A stretch of DNA of 64,000 nt, taken from assembly GCA_963699155.1 (NCBI GenBank), contig OY969414.1:1739757-1803756 (forward strand), read 5' to 3'. Shown here piece after piece: positions 1-8,344 of this stretch. Source of the stretch: an uncultured Chlamydiales bacterium (GTDB lineage Bacteria; Chlamydiota; Chlamydiia; Chlamydiales; JAAKFR01). How positions within the stretch are numbered: position 1 is the stretch's first letter; each line of letters starts with the position of its first letter. The translations under genes and the position numbers were made by a program. Below the pieces are notes generated by a model, which was not told the DNA's origin, made no database searches, and was given only the letters and a program-made list of their open reading frames with translations.

Positions 1-803
1 CCACGATGAATTGAAAAGCCGCGGCAAGAAAAAAGGGGGATGGCTCGGTTCTCAAAATCAGCGAAGAGGGGGTCATTTTCCGCTCCTATCGCGATGGCGC
101 CAAAATTGAACTCACCCCAGAGAGTTCGATCCAGACCCAAAAAGCGCTAGGCGCCGATATCATCATTCCTCTCGATGAACTGCCCCCCTACCACATCGAG
201 CAGGAGGATCTCAAAAAGTCACTCGCACGTACCCACCGTTGGGAGCGGCGCTCCCTCGAAGAGCACCAACGTAATCCGCAAAATCAAGCGATCTATGCGG
301 TCATCCATGGCGGTGTCGATCAAGAGCTGCGCCAGCTGAGCTGCGCCACCTTAACCGAGCTCCCCTTCGACGGCTTCGCGATTGGCGGCAGCGTCGGCAA
401 AAACAAGAAAGAACTTGAAGAGGTTGTCGCCTTTACCCGCCCCCTTCTGCCTGATGACAAACCCAACCATCTCCTCGGCATCGGCGACCTTCCTTCGCTC
501 TCTACCCTCATTCCCCACGGTATCGATACCTTCGACAGCTCCTACCCGACCAGAGCTGCCCGCCACGGCCTTCTTCTCACCCACACCGGCGGCCTCAAGA
601 TCGAACAGCTCAAATACCGCGACCACTTCTCTTCCCTCGATTGCCCCTGTCCTACCTGCCAGAAATTCTCCCTCGCCTACCTCCACCACCTCTTCAAAGC
701 CAAGGAGCTCACTGCCCTTACCCTCGCCTCCATCCACAATCTCCACTTCATGGTCCACCTGATGGCAGACTACCGCGCACAGATTCTCGCTGATGAACTT
801 TAG
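1..803 (+). CDS. tgt: tRNA-guanine transglycosylase (queuine tRNA-ribosyltransferase), 5'-truncated by the window edge, with an apparent +1 frameshift at 29-39
   Basis: Not in the ORF track. Manual translation of frame 3 from 39 gives DGSVLKISEEGVIFRSYRDG...QKALGADIIIPLDEL...YAVIHGG...FDGFAIGGSVG...HLLGIGD...GIDTFDSSYPTRAARHG...CPCPTC...SIHNLHF, stop TAG 801-803. The Zn-binding CxCxxC...H is present. The upstream HDELKSRGKKKG is in frame 2. Confidence 0.95.
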
Positions 804-818
804 GTTAAAAGACTTGGC

Positions 819-2006
819 TTAGGCGTCTGCCGGAGTTTCTGTCAGGCCAGACCGGCGCAAGGGGGAGAGAATGAGATATTTGCAGACTTCGGAATCTCCA
901 GCTTCATCTGCTTTGAATTCTACTTTGATGGAGGATTTCCAACTGGGAAGATCGTCTATCGTCGTATCTAAGGTATGAGAGAAGATGAGGAGCCCTTCAT
1001 TTTCGATCTTAATCTCCCAACGCACAATGAGAGTGATCTCTTCCTCAAGAAGAAATTTTAATCTGATATTCTTAACAGTATAGTTCTGTTGGAGTGCTAC
1101 GTCAAAGAGAGCTGTGATCTCTTCGGTTGGAGTGAGGTAAGTGGCTTTCTGGAAGCTTAAGAGAAGCTGTAACAGTTTGCTCCTATGATACTCTTCTTTA
1201 TATGAAAGGGTTTCAAAAAATTTCTTTAAACAGAGCTGGAAACTCTTATTGTCGATCTCTTTTGTTCTAGCATTTGCTACCTCATTATTCCAGACCTCGA
1301 CTATCTCACCCCAAATTTGCTCTCTGAGTCCTGGCATAGTAACGGCTGAAGAGAATAGTTTGAGGAGCTTCAAAAATTCTTGGCATTTTTCATCGAAATT
1401 CTCCTCTTCTATAGCCGAAAAAGTGTGGTCATCCATCCCTACCATGACCGTTGTTCGTTCCAAGTTGGCAGAAATCTCTGTCCCGAGGGTAAGGTCTAAG
1501 TTTTTAAGGCGTCGGCGCATCGACTCTTCAATGAGCGAAACAAAGATGGGATCTTTGGCTCCGCCCCTCATGCGCTCTGCTTTGGTATCCATTAAGATCC
1601 GCAGTTCAGAATCATTCAAACTTTTTACATTCTCTATCGTCGGTTCCCCAGCTGCGGCCAGTTTTTCCTTAGCTAACAAAGGAAGAGCCCTGCTGGAGGC
1701 TTTAGTGATCCTATCTCGAGTAGAAAAAGTTCGCTTTCTTGGGCTGGGATCCTCTACTGCTCCCGCTGAGCTGGAACGCTGCCTCGCATGCCCACTCCCA
1801 GCGCTCTTGCTAGAGGAATCAGAGCTCGACTGCTTCTCGCTCTTAATCTCACTAGGGGGGTTGTCAGAAGGTGGGCTAAACAAGCCAGTGAAGAACTGAG
1901 CAGCTTTGCCCTCGCTGCTGCGTCTTTCTTTCTCTTCTACCTCACTGGGTATCGAAGAAGTTGTGCCAGAGCTAAGAGATGCGGAACCTGCAACAGATTT
2001 TGACAT
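819..2006 (-). CDS. Hypothetical protein, Ser-rich N-terminus, candidate secreted effector (paralog of 2102-3202)
   Basis: 395-aa ORF with a low-complexity Ser/Glu N-terminus. The C-terminal ~220 aa align by eye with the neighbour (ANLERTTVMV, FDEKC.EFLKLL.LF, EEITL.V.WE.KI..EG.L.FSHTL). Confidence 0.8.
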   Translation of the reverse strand: MSKSVAGSASLSSGTTSSIPSEVEEKERRSSEGKAAQFFTGLFSPPSDNPPSEIKSEKQSSSDSSSKSAGSGHARQRSSSAGAVEDPSPRKRTFSTRDRITKASSRALPLLAKEKLAAAGEPTIENVKSLNDSELRILMDTKAERMRGGAKDPIFVSLIEESMRRRLKNLDLTLGTEISANLERTTVMVGMDDHTFSAIEEENFDEKCQEFLKLLKLFSSAVTMPGLREQIWGEIVEVWNNEVANARTKEIDNKSFQLCLKKFFETLSYKEEYHRSKLLQLLLSFQKATYLTPTEEITALFDVALQQNYTVKNIRLKFLLEEEITLIVRWEIKIENEGLLIFSHTLDTTIDDLPSWKSSIKVEFKADEAGDSEVCKYLILSPLRRSGLTETPADA

Positions 2007-2037
2007 AATAGTTAAAAAATTAACAACTTGTGATCAA

Positions 2038-2066
2038 ATTTTATCCATTCCTCATTAGTTTATCAA
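2038..2066 (-). promoter_or_regulatory. Sigma66/sigma70-type promoter of 819-2006
   Basis: Minus strand TTGATA (2066-2061)-N17-TAAAAT (2043-2038). The same arrangement occurs upstream of the paralog. Confidence 0.65.
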
Positions 2067-2101
2067 GTGAAAAATAATTTCATAAGAAGAGGCAGATCTG
2101 C

Positions 2102-3202
2102 TTAACTCTCGATCAACCCAGCCCTGCGCAAGGGGAGGAGATATTTGCTGCCATCGGATTTTCCAGGATCATCTGCTTGAAACTCTACGCTAAGGGAGGA
2201 ATCCCAATGGGGAAGCTTTTCTCGTGAAGTTTCTAAGGTATGAGAGAACAAGAGAGTGCCTTCATCTTGGATCTTAACCTCCCAACTCACAGTGAGAGTA
2301 ATCTCTTCATCAAGATGAAATTGTAATCTGACATTCTCAGGGGAATAGCTCTTTTGGAGGTCGGAGTCAAAGAGAGCTGTGATTTCTTTTGTTGGAGAGA
2401 GATAAACCGATTCGAGGAAGCTTAAGAAAAGCTCTAATAGCTTCTCCCTATGAGGCTCATCTTTCCAATCCAGTTTATCAATAAATTTTTCTAAACAGAG
2501 AGTGAAGCTCTTATCATTTGCTTGAGCATATGCTTTACAACTACTCCAGATCTCGAGCAAATCATTCCAGACATGCTCTCTAGTTTCTGGAAGTGTGACG
2601 GCGGTGCAGAATAGTTCTAAGAGCTTCAAGAACTCATGGCATTTTTCATCAAACTGCTCTTCATTTAAAGCTAAAAAGGTCTCTTCTTCTCCACTTACCA
2701 TGACCGTCGTTCTTTCCAAGTTGGCAGCAATATTTGCGGCGAGCTGCTCAAAGCTAAAGGTTTGAGGGCTTCGGCGCACCAACTCTTTAATCAGTGGAAC
2801 AAAGCGGTGATCGGTACTGCTTGCCTTGATTTTCTCCCTTGAGGCAGTAAGGTGGGCGTGAAGTTCGTCATCACTATGGCTTTTTAATTTCTTGTCATGG
2901 CGTCGGCGCACCAACTCTTTAATCAGTGAAATAAAGAGGGGATTGCTATCTCCACCTTTGTTTCCCGCCTTTGCGGCAGTAATGAGGGCTTGAAGTTCTA
3001 TATCACTATAGCTTTTTAATTTCTTTGGAGTCACTTCCCTAGAGATTACCAGTGTAGACTCTGGAGGATCGGTAATCACATTTACGTAGAGCTGGGAAGC
3101 TTTATCGTCGCTGATGCTTCGCTCTCTCTTTTCTACCTCACTGGGTATTGAAGAAGTTGTGCCTGAGCTATAGGATGTGGAAACTGGAGCAGATTTTGAC
3201 AT
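2102..3202 (-). CDS. Hypothetical protein, candidate secreted effector with an internal ~44-aa duplication (paralog of 819-2006)
   Basis: 366-aa ORF. N-terminus MSKS...SSGTTSSIPSEVE is shared with the neighbour. The KKLKS.SD.EL...LIKELVRR motif occurs twice. Confidence 0.8.
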   Translation of the reverse strand: MSKSAPVSTSYSSGTTSSIPSEVEKRERSISDDKASQLYVNVITDPPESTLVISREVTPKKLKSYSDIELQALITAAKAGNKGGDSNPLFISLIKELVRRRHDKKLKSHSDDELHAHLTASREKIKASSTDHRFVPLIKELVRRSPQTFSFEQLAANIAANLERTTVMVSGEEETFLALNEEQFDEKCHEFLKLLELFCTAVTLPETREHVWNDLLEIWSSCKAYAQANDKSFTLCLEKFIDKLDWKDEPHREKLLELFLSFLESVYLSPTKEITALFDSDLQKSYSPENVRLQFHLDEEITLTVSWEVKIQDEGTLLFSHTLETSREKLPHWDSSLSVEFQADDPGKSDGSKYLLPLRRAGLIES

Positions 3203-3234
3203 AAATACCTAAAATATTTAAATTTATGATAAAA

Positions 3235-3263
3235 AGTATACACTTTCTTCATTAATTTATCAA
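3235..3263 (-). promoter_or_regulatory. Sigma66/sigma70-type promoter of 2102-3202
   Basis: Minus strand TTGATA (3263-3258)-N17-TATACT (3240-3235). Confidence 0.7.
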
Positions 3264-3316
3264 GTAAAAAAATTCATTATGGTATACACAGCAATGAAAT
3301 AGGACTGGTTTTTTTG

Positions 3317-3829
3317 ATGATTCGGTTTTTCTGCCTCGTGATTTTTCTTTTTACTAGCTCTTTACAGGGAGCCCTGTTTGAGGATCTCAACCACGCCTAC
3401 TCTGTGGAGTTTCCCGATGACTGGGCTGTCAAAGAGAAGGAAAAGGATGAGATTGCCTGGGTCATCGCCACTTCATCTGAAAAAGAGGGTAATGTTCAGA
3501 TGACCTATAATGAACGCACTTCAGATAACACCCTCAATGAATATCTCCCAGAAATGCTCCGCTACATGAAGGAGAAATATGCCGATGTTATCATCGGTGA
3601 AATCGAATCGGCCACAGTGGATGGAAACGAAGCCAAGGCGATTTTCTTTAAAGCGAAGGGCCCTTCCCCCTCAGGAAAGAAGATTTCTCTTAAAGCTCTC
3701 CACTACCTTCTCGTGGTCAACAAACATCTGATGATGGTTCTCTGTGTTGCTCCCGAAAAGAACTTTTCGGAGTGGCAACCCACCTTTGAAAAAATAGTCG
3801 CTTCGATCAAGCTTGCCAAGCAGAGTTAA
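3317..3829 (+). CDS. Exported PsbP/DcrB-like protein
   Basis: Signal-peptide-like N-terminus (MIRFFCLVIFLFTSSLQG), YSVEFPDDW, VDGNEA and C-terminal F..W.PTFEKIVASIKL, a pattern typical of the PsbP/Mog1p/DcrB fold. Confidence 0.6.
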   Translation: MIRFFCLVIFLFTSSLQGALFEDLNHAYSVEFPDDWAVKEKEKDEIAWVIATSSEKEGNVQMTYNERTSDNTLNEYLPEMLRYMKEKYADVIIGEIESATVDGNEAKAIFFKAKGPSPSGKKISLKALHYLLVVNKHLMMVLCVAPEKNFSEWQPTFEKIVASIKLAKQS

Positions 3830-5058
3830 TGCTTCTCCTCTTTCTCCTCTAAAGACTGGTAGGAGGGTGTCGCCGGTGTCAACTGGGTGTTATGGAAGGA
3901 AGGGGCACCCACCACCTTAGACCAGGCGCAGATCACCGAGACATTGTCTGTGCTTGTTTTGAGCGCATATTCGACAATTTTCTCTGGCATGTGTCTGTGT
4001 TCCCAATGGGGCTTAATGACATCTCTGATCAAATTTTCTGGTGTGACAAAGTCCCAAAGTCCATCGCAAGCCAATAGCACTAACATGTCACTCTCCAAAT
4101 CGATGATTTTTGTTTTGGGGATGTGACTGATCGCGCTTTTCCCTTTGAAGGTCCAATCTTTGTCTCCCAGAGCATGGCTCACATTGACACCTTGGGTATG
4201 GATCTTCCCTGGATTTTTTGGATCGGTGACCACTGGAAAGTGGGGAAAACGGCGCTGCTTGGTGGGCCAAGCTTTCCACGTTTCAAAGAGATCATCACCT
4301 AAGACCTCCCTTACTTTAGCCTCTTCATCTGGAGTGGACCAGTTCATCTCCTCAATGAGCCATTCATAGGTGATTTCCTCTTCCATTTTTTTAAAGAGCA
4401 TCGCTCTAGTATCACCCAAACCGGCAATTGTCCCTTTACGTCTCACGGTATCAAAGACAATGGCCAGCGCAGTCGCCCCTTGCATGGGCACCGTGACATG
4501 TTTCTGAAAATGGTCAAAAAGATTGATGATGATCTCATCTGATTTCTCAGGATTTCTTGGAATTAATTTCGGCAGCTCCTTTTTAAGAAATCTGGCAGCT
4601 TTATTGGCAAGTTTCACTCCGCCATGGCCATCTAAAATCACCGCCGCCGAACCAACACCTGGGATCTTACAGTCAAATTCGGCATCTTCGTTGGCCGGTC
4701 TCAATCCTTGTGCCGTTTTCGAATAGAAACGCATGTCAAAAGGTTGCTCCACCAATTCGGCAGCCTCTTCCGCCTCCTCAACCTCTTCTGCCAAGATGGC
4801 ATGAGCCAAGGCATCTACCTCATCTTCTAAAAGCTGCTGTGGCTCCAAGGAACCGCTGCTTTGCGAAAGCTTGAGCCAACGGGGCGGTGTTATCTGTCTC
4901 GAGAGTCCTAGAGGAGGTGAGGGACTGTCCGAAGCTTCCTCTAAACGCACTCTTTTAGCCTCCGGCTCCCCTTCCACAGGCCCAGACGCTACTCTCTTTA
5001 AGATGGGCGAAACTGCAGGTTGGCCCGAAAAGCCTATTGGTTGAACTCCTCTAGTCAT
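3826..5058 (-). CDS. PP2C (PPM)-family Ser/Thr phosphatase with a disordered N-terminal extension
   Basis: PPM motifs NED, ILDGHGG, GATA, AGLGDTRA, VSHALGD, LACDGLWD and DNVSVI. ATG at 5058 (alternative GTG at 5064). Confidence 0.9.
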   Translation of the reverse strand: MTRGVQPIGFSGQPAVSPILKRVASGPVEGEPEAKRVRLEEASDSPSPPLGLSRQITPPRWLKLSQSSGSLEPQQLLEDEVDALAHAILAEEVEEAEEAAELVEQPFDMRFYSKTAQGLRPANEDAEFDCKIPGVGSAAVILDGHGGVKLANKAARFLKKELPKLIPRNPEKSDEIIINLFDHFQKHVTVPMQGATALAIVFDTVRRKGTIAGLGDTRAMLFKKMEEEITYEWLIEEMNWSTPDEEAKVREVLGDDLFETWKAWPTKQRRFPHFPVVTDPKNPGKIHTQGVNVSHALGDKDWTFKGKSAISHIPKTKIIDLESDMLVLLACDGLWDFVTPENLIRDVIKPHWEHRHMPEKIVEYALKTSTDNVSVICAWSKVVGAPSFHNTQLTPATPSYQSLEEKEEKH

Positions 5059-5280
5059 AGACACCTCCTCAAGGTTGATAAAGAGAAGATAAAGGAATGT
5101 GCGAATTTTTGGCTACAACCACTCGAGTTCATAGAGGTCAAGCTCCATATAGGAACGATAAGGCTGTGGGCTGATAAATCGCCTCTAGCGCGTAGCGCTT
5201 GCTGAGGGAAAAGAAGAGAGGCGCCTACCACTAGTTTTCGCTTTGCATCAATTTGGCGATGGCATATATCTGATCTCTAA

Positions 5281-5358
5281 ACACAGGGGTGCCAAGAATG
5301 GCTTGGCTGAGAGAGTCCCTAAGAACCTGATCTGGATTATACCAGCGGAGGGAGTGTA
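5281..5358 (+). ncRNA. TPP riboswitch (THI box)
   Basis: Consensus segments GGGGTGC...GCTGAGA...CCCT..GAACCTGATCTGGATTATACCAGCGGAGGGA immediately upstream of thiM. P1 is ACAC (5281-84) pairing with GTGT (5354-57). Confidence 0.95.
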
Positions 5359-5359
5359 C

Positions 5360-6166
5360 ATGATCGATGCTCAAAGCATCTGGAGTGATCTCCAGGCTAT
5401 TCGAAAATCTTCGCCACTCATTCATAATATCACAAACTATGTTGTCATGGAGCAAACTGCTAATGCGCTATTAGCAATCGGTGCTTCTCCTATCATGGCC
5501 CATGCGCAGGATGAAATCAAAGAGGTGGTAGCCTTAGCACAAGGTCTTGTCCTCAATATCGGGACAGTGAGCCGATTGTGGCTTGAGGCGATGCACGAGG
5601 CCTTAGAGGTCGCCTATGCAAGAGGGATTCCTATTATCTTAGATCCTGTCGGCTCGGGGGCAACTCAGTATCGGACCAACAGCTCTATCGTTTTATTAAA
5701 GCAAGGAAAAATTTCTGTTATTCGTGGGAATGGTTCAGAAATCGTCTCACTCCTTGGAGTTCATTCGGAGACTAAAGGCGTGGATAGTCTTTTGGATTCT
5801 TCTAGCGTGATGAATGAAGCCAAGCAGCTGGCATTGCAACACAGGTTGATTGTTTGGATGAGTGGGGTTACCGATCTCGTGACAGATGGCAGCGGTTGTT
5901 TTCTCATCAATAATGGAGATCCTCTCATGGCAAGGGTGACAGGAATGGGATGCACGGCGACAGCGCTCACAGCTGCTTTCCTAGCTGTCAATCGTAACTC
6001 TCTTTTGGCCTCTGCTCATGCTGCCTGTCTCATGGGGATTTGCGGAGAATTAGCTGCTAGAGCAAGTGTGGGGCCAGGTACTTTTAAAATGCGCTTCCAG
6101 GATGCCCTCTACAACGTCTCCTTACATGATCTGGAAAACAACATGAAAATGAGCTTCCATGCTTGA
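5360..6166 (+). CDS. thiM: Hydroxyethylthiazole kinase
   Basis: PLIHNITNYVV, ANALLAIGASPIMA, LNIGT, LDPVGSGAT, IRGNGSEI, VTGMGC. Start moved to ATG 5360, which follows GGAG. Confidence 0.95.
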   Translation: MIDAQSIWSDLQAIRKSSPLIHNITNYVVMEQTANALLAIGASPIMAHAQDEIKEVVALAQGLVLNIGTVSRLWLEAMHEALEVAYARGIPIILDPVGSGATQYRTNSSIVLLKQGKISVIRGNGSEIVSLLGVHSETKGVDSLLDSSSVMNEAKQLALQHRLIVWMSGVTDLVTDGSGCFLINNGDPLMARVTGMGCTATALTAAFLAVNRNSLLASAHAACLMGICGELAARASVGPGTFKMRFQDALYNVSLHDLENNMKMSFHA

Positions 6167-6782
6167 CTTAAGCCTTTACTTAGTGACCCCTACATGCATG
6201 GCAATTGATAATTTGCTTAAAATCGTTCAAGAGGCGGTTGAGGGGGGTATAACGATCGTACAATTTAGGGAAAAAGAGCGAGCAGCTCGTGAGATGGTTA
6301 CCATTGGAAGAGCCCTCCTTTCATTTTTAAAGCCGCTAGGCATACCGCTCATTATCAATGATCGAGTGGATGTGGCTCATGCAATCGGAGCGGATGGAAT
6401 TCATTTAGGACAGGCAGATCTCACTGTGAGCCAAGCGCGCCAGATTTTGGGAAAAAGGGCAATCATCGGCCTCTCTGTGGAGTCGCTGGAGCAACTTGGT
6501 GAGGCTTTTCAGGAGAAGGTCGATTACCTCGCAGCAAGCCCTGTTTTTAAGACAGAAAGTAAAAAGGACCACGCTCCACCATGGGGTTTAGAAGGGTTAC
6601 GTCATCTTTGCAAACGCTCCCCTTTCCCAGTGGTCGCCATTGGCGGGATTCATCAGAATAACGTTCACGAAGTGATGAAGCAAGGCGTTGCTGGGGTTGC
6701 CGCCATTTCTTCCATCTGCCATGCAGCTTCTCCCAAAAAAGCAGCACAAAACATGAAAGAAGAGATAATCAATGCAAAATAA
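6159..6782 (+). CDS. thiE: Thiamine-phosphate synthase
   Basis: LYLVT, VQFREK, LIINDRVDVA, GIHLGQAD, VAIGGI. Overlaps the thiM stop. Confidence 0.95.
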   Translation: MLDLSLYLVTPTCMAIDNLLKIVQEAVEGGITIVQFREKERAAREMVTIGRALLSFLKPLGIPLIINDRVDVAHAIGADGIHLGQADLTVSQARQILGKRAIIGLSVESLEQLGEAFQEKVDYLAASPVFKTESKKDHAPPWGLEGLRHLCKRSPFPVVAIGGIHQNNVHEVMKQGVAGVAAISSICHAASPKKAAQNMKEEIINAK

Positions 6783-7590
6783 GAAAACCGTTAATGTGTT
6801 AACGATAGCCGGTTTCGACGGGAGTGGAGGGGCTGGCCTTCAAGCAGATCTGAAAACTTTTTCCGCTCTAGGATGCTATGGAGCGTCAGTTCTAACAGCC
6901 CTTCCTGTTCAAAACACGCAAGGCGTTCGTGCTATTTATGACATCCCAAATTCCTGCATCGAAGAGCAACTCCACGCCATCTTAGAGGACATCGAAATTT
7001 CAACAGTCAAGATAGGGATGCTCCACAGTCCCGATGTGATCCGATTAGTCGGCGCAGTTTTGTCTCGATATCCCATCGAAAAAGTGGTTTTGGATCCTGT
7101 TATGGTAGCAAAGAGTGGTCACTGCCTTCTACAACCTGAGGCGATTGCTGAGCTCAAAAAATTTGGGTTTTCAAGAGCGACAGTCCTTACTCCCAATCTT
7201 CAAGAGTGCTCTCAACTCCTCGGCAGGCAAATTATGACAAAGGAAGATATGGAAAAATCTGCTTTAGAATTAGCGAAAATGGGGTCTCAATCTGTGATTG
7301 TCAAAGGGGGCCATTTGACTGGGGAATCTTGTGAAGACTGTCTTGCCTTTCCAAACGGTGAAACTTACTGGTTTTCTTCTCCCCGAATTACTACCAAAAA
7401 CTGTCATGGAACCGGATGTACCTTTTCTTCTGCCATTGCTGCCTATTTGGCAAAAGAATGCACAATCCTTGAAGCTGTTCAGAAGGCAAAGATTTATCTG
7501 ACGAATGCCTTACAAGCTAGCGCAGATTGGGAGCTGGGCCATGGGCATGGACCCGTGCATCACTTCCACTACTTGTGGAATTTCCTATGA
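6772..7590 (+). CDS. thiD: Hydroxymethylpyrimidine/phosphomethylpyrimidine kinase
   Basis: LTIAGFDGSGGAGLQADLKTF, VKIGML, LDPVMVAKSG, TPNL.E, HGTGCTFSSAIAA, GHGPVHHF. Confidence 0.95.
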   Translation: MQNKKTVNVLTIAGFDGSGGAGLQADLKTFSALGCYGASVLTALPVQNTQGVRAIYDIPNSCIEEQLHAILEDIEISTVKIGMLHSPDVIRLVGAVLSRYPIEKVVLDPVMVAKSGHCLLQPEAIAELKKFGFSRATVLTPNLQECSQLLGRQIMTKEDMEKSALELAKMGSQSVIVKGGHLTGESCEDCLAFPNGETYWFSSPRITTKNCHGTGCTFSSAIAAYLAKECTILEAVQKAKIYLTNALQASADWELGHGHGPVHHFHYLWNFL

Positions 7591-8264
7591 CATTTTCATC
7601 CGCTCTTTGGAAAAAGCACGAATCAATCTACAAGCAGATCCTCAGTCACCCGTTTAATATGAAGTTATCAGACGGCACTCTAGATCAAAAAAATTTCCTC
7701 TTCTATCTCGAGCAAGACGCCTCTTTCTTGCTGAGTTTTTCCCAAACTCTTGCGCTCATTGCTGCGCGTTCGAATTCATCGCAGCGGATCATTTCAATTT
7801 TAAAATTGGCTCTTGACGCTATTGAGAGTGAGAGGCAACTGCATGTTCATTTACTGGGAAAAATAGACTCTTTTTCTGAGCCTACTTTTTCTTGCTTCAG
7901 TTATATGCATTACCTATTAGCCACAGCGGCTCTCTCTCCTCTAGAAGAGGCCATAGCCGCCATTTTACCCTGCTTTTGGGTCTACCGCGAAATCGGATAC
8001 CATATGCTATCATCTACACACAGTCATCATCCCTATGCCCTCTGGATTAATAGCTATTCTCATCCTGATTTTTCTTTAGCGACCGAAAGTGTCATTTCTC
8101 TTTTAAATGACACTGCCATCGCATGCTGCCCCGACCAATTAGCAAAAATGGATAAGGCCTTTAAAACCAGCATTGAACTAGAATGGCACTTCTGGAACGA
8201 CGCTTACCATTTTAATCTATTTTCCATAAATGGAAACAATGGTCTTGGATGCAATCCAAAATAA
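7587..8264 (+). CDS. tenA: TenA (thiaminase II / aminopyrimidine aminohydrolase)
   Basis: HPFN..L.DGTL, FYLEQDA, LPCFWVY (catalytic Cys), WINSYS, ELEWHFW. ATG 7587 forms an ATGA overlap with thiD. Confidence 0.9.
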   Translation: MTFSSALWKKHESIYKQILSHPFNMKLSDGTLDQKNFLFYLEQDASFLLSFSQTLALIAARSNSSQRIISILKLALDAIESERQLHVHLLGKIDSFSEPTFSCFSYMHYLLATAALSPLEEAIAAILPCFWVYREIGYHMLSSTHSHHPYALWINSYSHPDFSLATESVISLLNDTAIACCPDQLAKMDKAFKTSIELEWHFWNDAYHFNLFSINGNNGLGCNPK

Positions 8265-8344
8265 TGGGATTTATCACTTCGTGCTGGCAAAGTATTTTAT
8301 AATGTGTAGGTTTCTTGCAGTAAGGAGAGCTCCTTGTGCCTTTT

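Noticed and set aside
320..762. ORFs 320-511, 351-758 and 382-762
   Set aside because: Alternative-frame or antisense shadows of tgt, which lies in frame 3 and is missing from the ORF track because it has no start codon in the window.
5243..5359. 39-aa N-terminal extension of ThiM in the ORF track
   Set aside because: It runs through the TPP riboswitch. ATG 5360 with a GGAG RBS is the credible start.
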